DNA from: Nemertoderma westbladi
Lineage: Eukaryota; Animalia; Xenacoelomorpha
Assembly (NCBI GenBank): GCA_032718475.1
Contig: JAUCBJ010006392.1
Span: forward strand, 1 to 51,113
Direction of reading: 5' to 3'
Length of the DNA stretch: 51,113 nucleotides
In this document: positions 12,989-25,959 of the stretch, piece by piece
How the letters are laid out: every line of letters starts with the position of its first letter
Position numbering within the stretch: the first letter of the stretch is position 1
Program-made: the position numbers and the translations under genes
The notes under the pieces: generated by a model
Told to the model about the DNA's origin: nothing
What the model saw: only the letters and a program-made list of their open reading frames with translations
Databases searched by the model: none

Positions 12989-13790
12989 TCCGTAACACTA
13001 CTCAGACAGTAGTCATGATCCATTATTGATTATAAAACTAATACAGTAATAGGCCTAAATTATGTGAAAGGTATATCCACATTTTCCACAATCCTGCAAT
13101 CCAGTTTGGCCTATCAATTATTTAAAATTTATTAGCACAACCGGTAGGCCTACCATTACCGTATTTAAATGGTAGGCTACACAGTAGGCCTATAGCAGTA
13201 CCGGTGCCGGTAGCGGTACTAAAATACAGAAATACCTGCTTTATATCTACATCTGTACATAAAATACAGCAAAATAGTGCTATATATACTAATACCGGTA
13301 CTGATAGCCTGAGAGAACAGCAGTAGAGAAACCGGTAGCATGGAACCTAACATTAGACTTTTGGAGGACATAAAAAATAAAAAAAAAGGACAAAAAAAGG
13401 ATTTAAACGGACAATAAAAATTATTGCGAAAAAAAAATTAGGAGACGGGATCCATATAGAGGGAAATGAGAAGGTTTGTTGCATTTTTCTCGAAACCACA
13501 TTTTTTGGTGAGTGTTGTTCTGGCTCTTTGGTCACGATATTATAATATTATTAATAAAAATGTATGAACCCGGCGGCTTACCCTTAGTTACTTAATTCGT
13601 TGAATCTAAACACTAAGTAATTACTGTGTTAGATGTTTATGTTTAGTTTACTCGCTACTGGGAATTAATTGTATGAAACTGAATGATGTCATTTACTCTA
13701 GGGATTTACTTATAATTATTCCTTAACTTCAATAAATTATTATTCTTTGCGTAATGAAGCATTTGGAAGTTATATGAATAAACTAATTAC

Positions 13791-14514
13791 CTGGCCATTC
13801 AGCTGTTCAACCCTCGCATTGAGTCCGACTACTTCGTCTTCTAAACGCCTCCTAGCGGCGGTGTATGAATCATTCTGTCGTACCAACACCGCCACCTCTC
13901 CGTCTCTCTCGGTCAACCGGCTCTGCAGCAACTCCAACAAACTCGCCGACCCAACAACTTCCGATTCCGCTGCAAAGGATGACGTCATCACGTCGCTGGC
14001 CGTAGGGGACAGTGACGTCACACTTAGTGTATCCGGGGGACGTTGGACCGAAGCGAGCGCCCTATTGGCCAGTTGTTCGCTCTCGACGGCGCGCCGCCTC
14101 TCAGTCTCCAGTAAGACCTCGAGTCGTCGCTGATTGGTCGACAACTCCTCCGCCCTCCGAGCCGCGGCGGCTGATTGGCCCACGGATTCCCCGAGTTTCC
14201 TCTCCAGGGACCCGACCCGGGCAGACAGCTTCCCGTTCTCCTCGGAGATCCGGGAATTCTCGCCGTTCAACGTCGCGACCAACTCGTCCAGCTGACTCAC
14301 CTTCCGCGAGAAGTGATTGGCTTTATCAACCGAGTGGCGTTCGGTTGCCATGGCTTCCATTAACTTGTGCTCGAGTGACGTAATCTTCTGGGAGAGCGCC
14401 AGTTCCTGTTTCTCGTGGTAGAGGGCGCGCGACGATAGAGTCGATTGTAGTCGCTCGATCTCCCGTACAAGCGGTTGGGTTGCCATGGATACATCGTCAC
14501 TCATATCAAGGGAC
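13791..14514 (-). CDS. TMF1: TMF1 exon 7 (724 nt; RSLDMSDDVSMATQPLVREIERLQSTL...LLELLQSRLTERDGEV...LNGQ)
   Basis: Acceptor tttactttattAG and donor CAG|GTAATT (phase 2 in, 0 out). Motifs T.PL.R.IE.LQ and E.LQS.L..R.GE mark the start of the C-terminal TMF domain. Confidence 0.92.
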
Positions 14515-14621
14515 CTAATAAAGTAAAAACATATTATATTATACAAAATATATTTGTGAAATATCGTGAAATATCATTTGCTGACTGTCTGTCTGTCTTT
14601 TTTCGACAGTTCTATTAAATA

Positions 14622-15611
14622 ATGTGTTTTCCGATATAAAATTTCATAGCGATTTCGAATCTGATATCAGTTTTCGATTAGTTGATTAGATTGTTCTCGA
14701 GTTATGGCAACATTTGTAATTTCACCCAAAATTTTAAAATTTTTAATTCGTAATTTGGTGCAGCACATTTGTTACCAAAAAAGACCATAAAACACCTAAA
14801 AATTTCGATATTTTAAGAATCTGCGCCAAAAATTACCCTCTAGGTATCAAAACCATTAAAAAATATATATTTTTTAATTTCTCCAGTGTTCACTTTTGGT
14901 GCATGTATGGTTGGTCAGTTGTAATCAGGAGAAAATATGTCATTACACATTTTTCTCTCGAGGGCTTTTTTGGGACACTTTCTCTATCTACTTTTTAATA
15001 ACAACTCAACCGATTTTCGCTCTGTTTGCAGGATTATGTAGAGAAACATTGCGGGAAAAAATTGTGTTGACAGAATTTTGAAATTCTATTGCAAAAAAAA
15101 ATTATCGCATTTTTTGAGTAAAAGATCGCGAAATTTTAGACGTTTTTTTAAATATTTGGTCACTTTTGAAACGAAAAATGCCATAACTTTTTTTTATACA
15201 AATTTTTGCGCGCAATGTGTCTCTAACCCGGCAACAGAACGAAATCGGTTGAGAAATTAAAAAGTAGATAAATAAAGTTCCCAAAAGAGCCCTCGAGAGA
15301 AAAATGAGTACAATAATTGACATTACAACTTCCTCTTGATTACAACTGACCAAACATGAATCAAAATCGAATACTTTTCAAATTTAAAAAAAACCATCTT
15401 CTTGTTGATACCTAAAGGGTAGTTTTGGCGTTGATTCCGAAAATAGCAAAATATTTGTGTGTTTGATGGTCTTTTTTGGTGTGAAAACTGGTGCTGGACC
15501 AAAATTAAAAATCTTCAAATTTTGTGAGAAAATTACAAAAGTTGCCATAACTCTAGAAATAATCATCTTATCGAATATTATCGCCATAAAATTTTATATC
15601 GGAAAACACAT
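14622..15611. mobile_element. ~1-kb foldback / long-TIR non-autonomous element
   Basis: Termini atgtgttttccgatataaaattt / aaattttatatcggaaaacacat, plus successive inner inverted matches (gttatggcaac/gttgccataac, ttggtcagttgtaatca/tgattacaactgaccaa, ctcaaccgattt/aaatcggttgag) converging near 15130. Confidence 0.85.
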
Positions 15612-15629
15612 AAAAAGCTATATTTCTAA

Positions 15630-18600
15630 CTGACTACCAACCAGCTCCTCTCTCGCACTCTACTGACTACCAACCAGCTCCTCTCTCGCACTCTACTGAC
15701 TACCAACCAGCTCCTCTCTCACACTCTACTGACTACCAACCAGCTCCTCTCTCGCACTCTACTGACTACCAACCAGCTCCTCTCTCGCACTCTACTGACT
15801 ACCAACCAGCTCCTCTCTCGCACTCTACTGACTACCAACCAGCTCCTCTCTCGCACTCTACTGACTACCAACCAGCTCCTCTCTCGCACTCTACTGACTA
15901 CCAACCAGCTCCTCTCTCGTACTCTACCGACTACCAACCAGCTCCTTGCACTCTACTGACTACCAACCAGCTCCTCTCCCGCACTCTACTGACTACCAAC
16001 CAGCTCCTCTCCCGCACTCTACTGACTACCAACCAGCTCCTCTCTCGTACTCTACCGACTACCAACCAGCTCCTTGCACTCTACTGACTACCAACCAGCT
16101 CCTCTCTCGTACTCTACCGACTACCAACCAGCTCCTTGCACTCTACTGACTACCAACCAGCTCCTCTCTCACACTCTACTGACTACCAACCAGCTCCTCT
16201 CTCGTACTCTACTGACTACCAACCAGCTCCTCTCTCGCACTCTACTGACTACCAACCAGCTCCTCTCTCACACTCTACTGACTACCAACCAGCTCCTCTC
16301 TCGTACTCTACCGACTACCAACCAGCTCCTTGCACTCTACTGACTACCAACCAGATCCTCTCTCGCACTCTACTGACTACCAACCAGCTCCTCTCTCGCA
16401 CTCTACTGACTACCAACCAGCTCCTCTCTCGCACTCTACTGACTACCAACCAGCTCCTCTCCCGCACTCTACTGACTACCAACCAGCTCCTCTCCCGCAC
16501 TCTACTGACTACCAACCAGCTCCTCTCTCGCACTCTACTGACTACCAACCAGCTCCTCTCCCGCACTCTACTGACTACCAACCAGCTCCTCTCTCGTACT
16601 CTACTGACTACCAACCAGCTCCTCTCTCGCACTCTACTGACTACCAACCAGCTCCTCTCTCACACTCTACTGACTACCAACCAGCTCCTCTCTCACACTC
16701 TACTGACTACCAACCAGCTCCTCTCTCGCACTCTACTGACTACCAACCAGCTCCTCTCTCACACTCTACTGACTACCAACCAGCTCCTCTCTCACACTCT
16801 ACTGACTACCAACCAGCTCCTCTCTCGTACTCTACTGACTACCAACCAGCTCCTCTCTCGCACTCTACTCACTACCAACCAGCTCCTCTCTCGCACTCTA
16901 CTCACTACCAACCAGCTCCTCTCTCGAACTCTACTGACTACCAACCAGCTCCTCTCTAGCACTCTACTGACTACCAACCAGCTCCTCTCTCGCACTCTAC
17001 TGACTACCAACCAGCTCCTCTCCCGCACTCTACTGACTACCAACCAGCTCCTCTCTCGTACTCTACTGACTACCAACCAGCTCCTCTCTCACACTCTACT
17101 GACTACCAACCAGCTCCTCTCTCGTACTCTACTGACTACCAACCAGCTCCTCTCTCGCACTCTACTCACTACCAACCAGCTCCTCTCTCGCACTCTACTC
17201 ACTACCAACCAGCTCATCTCTCGCACTCTACCGACTACCAACCAGCTCCTCTCTCACACTCTACTGACTACCAACCAGCTCCTCTCTCGAACTCTACTGA
17301 CTACCAACCAGCTCCTCTCTAGCACTCTACTGACTACCAACCAGCTCCTCTCTCGTACTCTACTGACTACCAACCAGCTCCTCTCTCGCACTCTACTGAC
17401 TACCAACCAGCTCCTCTCCCGCACTCTACTGACTACCAACCAGCTCCTCTCTCGCACTCTACTGACTACCAACCAGCTCCTCGCACTCTACTGACTACCA
17501 ACCAGATCCTCTCTCACACTCTACTGACTACCAACCAGCTCCTCTCTCGCACTCTACTGACTACCAACCAGCTCCTCTCTCACTCTACTGACTACCAACC
17601 AGCTCCTCTCTCACTCTACTGACTACCAACCAGCTCCTCTCTCGCACTCTACTGACTACCAACCAGCTCCTCGCACTCTACTGACTACCAACCAGCTCCT
17701 CTCTCACACTCTACTGACTACCAACCAGCTCCTCTCTCGCACTCTACTGACTACCAACCAGCTCCTCTCTCACACTCTACTGACTACCAACCAGCTCCTC
17801 TCTCACACTCTACTGACTACCAACCAGCTCCTCGCACTCTACTGACTACCAACCAGCTCCTCTCTTACACTCTACTGACTACCAACCAGCTCCTCTCTTA
17901 CACTCTACTGACTACCAACCAGATCCTCTCTCTCACTCTACTGACTACCAACCAGATCCTCTCTCGCACTCTACTGACTACCAACCAGCTCCTCTCTCGC
18001 ACTCTACTGACTACCAACCAGCTCCTCTCTCTCACTCTACTGACTACCAACCAGCTCCTCGCACTCTACTGACTACCAACCAGCTCCTCGCACTCTACTG
18101 ACTACCAACCAGCTCCTCTCCCGCACTCTACTGACTACCAACCAGATCCTCTCTCTCACTCTACTGACTACCAACCAGCTCCTCTCTCACACTCTACTGA
18201 CTACCAACCAGCTCCTCTCTCACACTCTACTGACTACCAACCAGCTCCTCTCTCACACTCTACTGACTACCAACCAGCTCCTCTCGCACTCTACTGACTA
18301 CCAACCAGCTCCTCTCTCGCACTCTACTGACTACCAACCAGCTCCTCTCTCACACTCTACTGACTACCAACCAGCTCCTCTCTCACACTCTACTGACTAC
18401 CAACCAGCTCCTCGCACTCTACTGACTACCAACCAGCTCCTCTCTCTCACTCTACTGACTACCAACCAGCTCCTCGCACTCTACTGACTACCAACCAGCT
18501 CCTCTCTCGCACTCTACTGACTACCAACCAGCTCCTCTCTCGCACTCTACTGACTACCAACCAGCTCCTCTCCCGCACTCTACTGACTACCAACCAGATC

Positions 18601-21600
18601 CTCTCTCGCACTCTACTGACTACCAACCAGATCCTCTCTCTCACTCTACTGACTACCAACCAGCTCCTCTCCCGCACTCTACTGACTACCAACCAGATCC
18701 TCTCTCGCACTCTACTGACTACCAACCAGCTCCTCTCTCGCACTCTACTGACTACCAACCAGCTCCTCTCCCGCACTCTACTGACTACCAACCAGATCCT
18801 CTCTCGCACTCTACTGACTACCAACCAGATCCTCTCTCTCACTCTACTGACTACCAACCAGCTCCTCTCCCGCACTCTACTGACTACCAACCAGATCCTC
18901 TCTCGCACTCTACTGACTACCAACCAGATCCTCTCTCTCACTCTACTGACTACCAACCAGCTCCTCTCTCGCACTCTACTGACTACCAACCAGCTCCTCT
19001 CTCGCACTCTACTGACTACCAACCAGCTCCTCTCTCACACTCTACTGACTACCAACCAGCTCCTCGCACTCTACTGACTACCAACCAGCTCCTCTCTCTC
19101 ACTCTACTGACTACCAACCAGCTCCACTCTCACACTCTACTGACTACCAACCAGCTCCTCTCTCGCACTCTACTGACTACCAACCAGCTCCTCTCCCGCA
19201 CTCTACTGACTACCAACCAGCTCCTCTCTCGTACTCTACTGACTACCAACCAGCTCCTCTCTCGCACTCTACTGACTACCAACCAGCTCCTCTCTCGCAC
19301 TCTACTGACTACCAACCAGCTCCTCTCTCGTACTCTACTGACTACCAACCAGCTCCTCGCACTATACTGACTACCAACCAGCTCCTCTCTCACACTCTAC
19401 TGACTACCAACCAGCTCCTCTCTAGCACTCTACTGACTACCAACCAGCTCCTCTCTCGTACTCTACTGACTACCAACCAGCTCCTCTCCCGCACTCTACT
19501 GACTACCAACCAGCTCCTCTCTCGTACTCTACTGACTACCAACCAGCTCCTCTCTCGCACTCTACTGACTACCAACCAGCTCCTCTCTCGCACTCTACTG
19601 ACTACCAACCAGCTCCTCTCTCACACTCTACTGACTACCAACCAGCACCTCTCTCGCACTCTACTGACTACCAACCAGCTCCTCTCTCGCACTCTACTGA
19701 CTACCAACCAGCTCCTCTCTCTCACTCTACTGACTACCAACCAGCTCCACTCTCACACTCTACTGACTACCAACCAGCTCCTCTCTCGCACTCTACTGAC
19801 TACCAACCAGCTCCTCTCTCGCACTCTACTGACTACCAACCAGCTCCTCTCTCACACTCTACTGACTACCAACCAGATCCTCTCTCACACTCTACTGACT
19901 ACCAACCAGCTCCTCTCTCACACTCTACTGACTACCAACCAGCTCCTCTCTCACACTCTACTAACTACCAACCAGCTCCCCTCTCGCACTCTACTGACTA
20001 CCAACCAGCTCCTCGCACTCTACTGACTACCAACCAGCTCCTCTCTCACACTCTACTGACTACCAACCAGCTCCTCTCTCACACTCTACTGACTACCAAC
20101 CAGCTCCTCGCACTCTACTGACTACCAACCAGCTCCTCGCACTCTACTGACTACCAACCAGCTCCTCTCTCACACTCTACTGACTACCAACCAGCTCCTC
20201 TCTCGTACTCTACTGACTACCAACCAGCTCCTCTCTCGTACTCTACTGACTACCAACCAGCTCCTCTCCCGCACTCTACTGACTACCAACCAGCTCCTCT
20301 CTCGTACTCTACCGACTACCAACCAGCTCCTCTCTCGCACTCTACTGACTACCAACCAGCTCCTCTCTTACACTCTACTGACTACCAACCAGCTCCTCTC
20401 TTACACTCTACTGACTACCAACCAGCTCCTCTCTCGTACTCTACCGACTACCAACCAGCTCCTCTCCCGCACTCTACTGACTACCAACCAGCTCCTCTCT
20501 CGTACTCTACCGACTACCAACCAGCTCCTCTCTCGCACTCTACTGACTACCAACCAGCTCCTCTCTCACACTCTACTGACTACCAACCAGCTCCTCTCTC
20601 GCACTCTACTGACTACCAACCAGCTCCTCTCCCGCACTCTACTGACTACCAACCAGCTCCTCTCTCGTACTCTACTGACTACCAACCAGCTCCTCTCTCG
20701 CACTCTACTGACTACCAACCAGCTCCTCTCTCGTACTCTACTGACTACCAACCAGCTCCTCGCACTCTACTGACTACCAACCAGCTCCTCTCTCACACTC
20801 TACTGACTACCAACCAGCTCCTCTCTCACACTCTACTGACTACCAACCAGCTCCTCTCTCTCACTCTACTGACTACCAACCAGCTCCACTCTCACACTCT
20901 ACTGACTACCAACCAGCTCCTCTCTCGCACTCTACTGACTACCAACCAGCTCCTCTCCCGCACTCTACTGACTACCAACCAGCTCCTCTCTCGTACTCTA
21001 CTGACTACCAACCAGCTCCTCTCTCGCACTCTACTGACTACCAACCAGCTCCTCTCTCGCACTCTACTGACTACCAACCAGCTCCTCTCTCACACTCTAC
21101 TGACTACCAACCAGCTCCTCGCACTCTACTGACTACCAACCAGCTCCTCTCTCTCACTCTACTGACTACCAACCAGCTCCACTCTCACACTCTACTGACT
21201 ACCAACCAGCTCCTCTCTCGCACTCTACTGACTACCAACCAGCTCCTCTCCCGCACTCTACTGACTACCAACCAGCTCCTCTCTCGTACTCTACTGACTA
21301 CCAACCAGCTCCTCTCTCGCACTCTACTGACTACCAACCAGCTCCTCTCTCGCACTCTACTGACTACCAACCAGCTCCTCTCTCGTACTCTACTGACTAC
21401 CAACCAGCTCCTCTCTCGCACTCTACTGACTACCAACCAGCTCCTCTCCCGCACTCTACTGACTACCAACCAGCTGCTCTCCCGCACTCTACTGACTACC
21501 AACCAGCTCCTCTCTCGTACTCTACTGACTACCAACCAGCTCCTCTCCCGCACTCTACTGACTACCAACCAGCTCCTCTCTCGTACTCTACTGACTACCA

Positions 21601-22638
21601 ACCAGCTCCTCTCGCACTCTACTGACTACCAACCAGCTCCTCTCTCGCACTCTACTGACTACCAACCAGCTCCTCTCTCGCACTCTACTGACTACCAACC
21701 AGCTCCTCTCTCGCACTCTACTGACTACCAACCAGCTCCTCTCTCACTCTACTGACTACCAACCAGCTCCTCTCTCACTCTACTGACTACCAACCAGCTC
21801 CTCTCTCACTCTACTGACTACCAACCAGCTCCTCTCTCGCACTCTACTGACTACCAACCAGCTCCACTCTCACACTCTACTGACTACCAACCAGCTCCTC
21901 TCTCACTCTACTGACTACCAACCAGCTCCTCGCACTCTACTGACTACCAACCAGATCCTCTCTCTCACTCTACTGACTACCAACCAGCTCCACTCTCACA
22001 CTCTACTGACTACTAACCAGCTCCTCTCTCACTCTACTGACTACCAACCAGCTCCTCTCTCGCACTCTACTGACTACCAACCAGATCCTCTCTCTCACTC
22101 TACTGACTACCAACCAGCTCCTCTCCCGCACTCTACTGACTACCAACCAGCTCCTCTCTCGCACTCTACTGACTACCAACCAGCTCCTCTCTCGCACTCT
22201 ACTGACTACCAACCAGCTCCTCGCACTCTACTGACTACCAACCAGCTCCTCTCCCGCACTCTACTGACTACCAACCAGCTCCTCTCTCGCACTCTACTGA
22301 CTACCAACCAGCTCCTCTCTCGCACTCTACTGACTACCAACCAGCGCCTCTCTCACACTCTACTGACTACCAACCAGCTCCTCTCTCGCACTCTACTGAC
22401 TACCAACCAGCTCCTCTCTCGCACTCTACTGACTAACAACCAGCTCCTCTCTCACACTCTACTGACTACCAACCAGCTCCTCTCTCGCACTCTACTGACT
22501 ACCAACCAGCTCCTCTCTCGCACTCTACTGACTACCAACCAGCTCCTCTCTCGCACTCTACTGACTACCAACCAGCTCCTCTCTCGCACTCTACTGACTA
22601 CCAACCGGCTCCTCTCTCGCACTCTACTGACTACCAAC
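15630..22638 (-). repeat. 33-bp tandem array, about 210 copies (27-31-bp variants), made of the intron 6 donor + an internal piece of exon 6
   Basis: Minus-strand unit gttggtagtcag-tagagtgcgagagaggagctg. The first 12 nt are the intron start; the remainder matches exon 6 at about 22685-22711. Confidence 0.95.
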
Positions 22639-22835
22639 CTGGACTGTTGTTCAGTTAACTGGTTCCGTAATTCCTCAATCTCTTCCAACCAGCTCCTCTC
22701 TCGTACTCTACTTTCCTTCTCTACCGACTTTAACGTCGCTTGAGATTCGATCAACGCGGAACGCAGATAATCCGCACTGCTTCTCAACTTCTCATCTTCT
22801 TTGTCGAAATCCCGTCTCAACTCCTCCCGCACTTT
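22639..22835 (-). CDS. TMF1: TMF1 exon 6 (197 nt; KVREELRRDF...ESRVRERSWLEEIEELRNQLTEQQS)
   Basis: Acceptor ttttatatatAG and donor CAG|GTTGGT (phase 0 in, 2 out). Coiled coil collinear with TMF1 ..RKEDYLRHEI.ELQQRLQEAE.R. Confidence 0.88.
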
Positions 22836-22854
22836 CTATATATAAAATTATCTT

Positions 22855-23010
22855 AAAAGTTGTGTGAGCGGACAATAAAGTGTGTGAGCGGACAATAAAG
22901 TGTGTGAACTGACTATAAAGTTATGTGAAAAAAAAAATTATGTGAACGGTAAAATAAAGTTGTATGGCGAACTATAAAGTTTTGTGAAATGATTGTGGGC
23001 AACTCGAAGC
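22855..23010. repeat. Degenerate ~20-bp tandem repeat filling most of TMF1 intron 5
   Basis: aaagtgtgtgagcggacaat and diverged copies. Confidence 0.7.
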
Positions 23011-23057
23011 TGTGCAAGGAAATATTTCAAATTCAGAATAAAAATAATAATAGTAAC

Positions 23058-23260
23058 CTGCTTAACTTTGCTCTCCATTTCTACGAACTCAACCTGCTGT
23101 CTCGATCTCTCAGACTTCAGCTCCTGTGCATCTCTGTAAGCCGACTCCAAACTCAGCACCAACATATCTTGCTTCGCGTTACTTTCATCTAATAACCTCT
23201 GCAATCTCAACGATTCATCGCACTGCTCTTTCAACGATTTACCGATATCTTTATTGGTCG
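23058..23260 (-). CDS. TMF1: TMF1 exon 5 (203 nt; ATNKDIGKSLKEQ...LESAYRDAQEL...KVKQ)
   Basis: Acceptor ctatcatttAG and donor CAG|GTTACT (phase 1 in, 0 out). LESAYRD resembles TMF1 LDSAYKE. Confidence 0.88.
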
Positions 23261-23599
23261 CTAAATGATAGGAGATACCGATTATAGTAAAATAATATTA
23301 TTATTATTGGTACGAATTACGCCCCGGCACGCCGGCAGGCTATAATTAAATATTCTAAAATATCGGAAATAGTTCATAATGGTACGATACCGGATATCTC
23401 TACTGGAGAATATCGTAAACGGATACATCGGTAGTAAAAATACCATTAGGCGCAATACAAATATAGTAAAAAAATATTATAAGGGTGCAATACAAATATA
23501 GTAAAAAAATATTATAAGGGCGCAATACACTTTAAAATATATGTTATGTATGTGCGAATTAAGCTGTAGTGAGGTGGGAGTGCATACTGTACGCATTGT

Positions 23600-25620
23600 A
23601 AATATTACTAAACGTTAATTTTCCATAGTAGACCGTACCCATGGTAGTTAGAACGTTAAGTAACCCCAGAGTATTCAAGAAGTTGTTGCCGCTTTTATGG
23701 GATGGAAATTATGTTGTAGCAGTTCCTAACAAAGGAAGCGTCGAGCCTGGCTGGGTCTCCTGTAAGGACACGCGATGGGAGCGAATCACCTTCGTATCTG
23801 TGGATCAGAATGGCGCCTGCCGAGGGAGAGGGAAATAAGCCGATGCCTTTTTGTAGGCACCAGAGCAACCATTATAGGTTTGTATTTATCATGTGGATTA
23901 TTATATTATTGAAGCATTGAGGGTAATTGTAATGTGTAGTTGGGTGTTGCTTGGTTTGTAGAGTTGGGTTAGATCACGTGACGAGCCTCATCAGGAGGCC
24001 AATCGACTGTCGGAAAGCTTCGACTGAGATTGATCTGCAACCTGATACCAGGTGTAAGCATGCGTTACTGACATATGTTCTTACATATAATAGTCCACTC
24101 AGTGCTTTTCTGTAGGATATATCGAGCTTATCAATTTCCGCGTCATTTAATGAGCCAATGTTGATTTTTAAACTGTACAAAATCAATGGCATTGCCAGTA
24201 CCTGCCATAACCTAAAAGTTACCTCTACATTGAGCCATCTGGTTGACCTTCCTTTTGCTTGAAACATGTGGGATAGCATTGTGATTATCTGTATTGTTTC
24301 ATTTATGGCGTTAGTATTTGAAGAGTGAAGTTTATAGCCATGAATAACTAAGTCACTGCTCCTTGGTACAAGCGCCTCATCCAGTCTTAGAAGCAAGGTT
24401 TGTGAGTTCACCTTCCATAGTTTATACATGTCCATTTTGTTTTAGAAAAAAAAAAGTTGAGATTTACCCAATTGGCCTCCACTTGTAGGACCCTAACCAT
24501 TTCCTCAAGGTCATATGCTGATGTCAGAATGAAGTTATCTGCATACACGATAGCCCCAAGCCAAGCTGGTCACACTCTACGTCCAAGTCCTGAGTTATGG
24601 ACACCCCTTGTAATTCCGGCAGTATACATGTTGAACACCAACACGATAATCCTACTATACACGCCGCCACGGGTTGATATCGAGCATCAACAATTCTTTG
24701 CTAATATTGTGTGGCCAATTTCGTCAAAAGCTGCTTCAATGGCTTCAATGTGACTTGCCTCTGTTTATTAAGGCGATCGCACTTTTTACAGCAAGTTGCG
24801 ACACAGTCGGCTTCACTGACTTTGCGCATTTGCATCTTGTAGGGTAGATTGAAGATCTTTAATTTCTTAGGGTTTATATTGTGGTGGAATTTCGATTCGT
24901 AGTTTTCTCTCGTCCAGTAATTCAACTTCCTCCTGAATGTATGTGGATTAGATCTAAGTTTGAGGTCCAGTAATTCAACTTCCTCCTGAATGTACGTGGA
25001 TTAGATCTAAGTTTTGAGGTCCAGTAATTCAACTTCCTCCTGAATGTACGTGGATTAGATCTAAGTTTTGAGGTCCAGTAATTCAACTTCCTCCTGAATG
25101 TACGCGGATTAGATCTAAGTTTTGAGGTCCAGTAATTCAACTTCCTCCTGAATGTACGTGGATTAGATCTAAGTTTTGAGGTCCAGTAATTCAACTTCCT
25201 CCTGAATGTACGTGGATTAGATCTAAGTTTTCAGGTCCAGTAATTCAACTTCCTCCTGAATGTACGTGGATTAGATCTAAGTTTTGAGGTCCAGTAATTC
25301 AACTTCCTCCTGAATGTACGCGGATTAGATCTAAGTTTTGAGGTCCAGTAATTCAACTTCCTCCAGAATGTACGTGGATTAGATCTAAGTTTTGAGGTCC
25401 ACCTGTTCTCTCTCATCTATCATTCAACTTCCTCCTGAATGTACCTGGATTAGATCTAAGTTTTGAGGTCCACCTGTTCTCTCTCATCTATCATTCAACT
25501 TCCTCCTGAATGTACCTGGATTAGATCTAAGTTTTGAGGTCCAGTAATTCAACTTCCTCCTGAATGTACGTGGATTAGATCTAAGTTTTGAGGTCCAGTA
25601 TTGATGTTTAACATAATGTA
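23600..25620 (-). mobile_element. Highly degenerate non-LTR retrotransposon ORF2 remnant
   Basis: Minus-strand peptides IEAAFDEIGH (about 24745-24710), GAIVYADNFIL (about 24560-24525) and RLWQVLAMPLILYS..KLDISYRKALSGLL..VSNACL (ORF 23974-24435). Boundaries are approximate. Confidence 0.7.
24912..25599 (-). repeat. 54-bp tandem array, about 12 copies (two ~70-bp variants), in-frame KLNYWTSKLRSNPRTFRR
   Basis: Unit gtccagtaattcaacttcctcctgaatgtacgtggattagatctaagttttgag; the parent sequence continues on both sides. Confidence 0.92.
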
Positions 25621-25728
25621 GATCTCGAAGTGAGAATCAGCAGATTAATTAATTTAATCAATGTATAAGTTAGTAACGTACCAAGGCCTACTTTAAGGCA
25701 TCGTAACATAGTTAGATTACCGACTAAC

Positions 25729-25877
25729 CTTGGGATTCCTTGTCCGAAAACTCTAATCTACTTATTGTCGATTTTAGTTTGGCTATCTGGTCTTTATAAG
25801 ATTCGATTTTAGACTCATGTTTATTCAGAAGTCCCTCGTTTTCTTTCTCTTTGCTTCGTAGCTTCTTGAGAGATGAG
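25729..25877 (-). CDS. TMF1: TMF1 exon 4 (149 nt; SSSLKKLRSKEKENE...DKESQ)
   Basis: Acceptor tattaccgcAG and donor AG|GTTAGT (phase 2 in, 1 out). KKLR.K.KENE is the continuation of the TMF DNA-binding domain. Confidence 0.9.
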
Positions 25878-25959
25878 CTGCGGTAATACAATAATGGGTT
25901 GGACCTTCCGGCAGATATCAATGGTCAATTATATTTATATCAAAGCCGGTTTTATTAAC

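Noticed and set aside
13747-14383. Plus-strand ORFs over TMF1 exon 7
   Set aside because: Antisense shadows of a GC-rich coding exon.
15719-22212. Many ORFs such as (HSTDYQPAPLS)n, (TLLTTNQLLSR)n and (VVSRVRERSWL)n
   Set aside because: Translations of the 33-bp satellite, mostly with non-ATG starts and frequent frameshifts; not independent genes.
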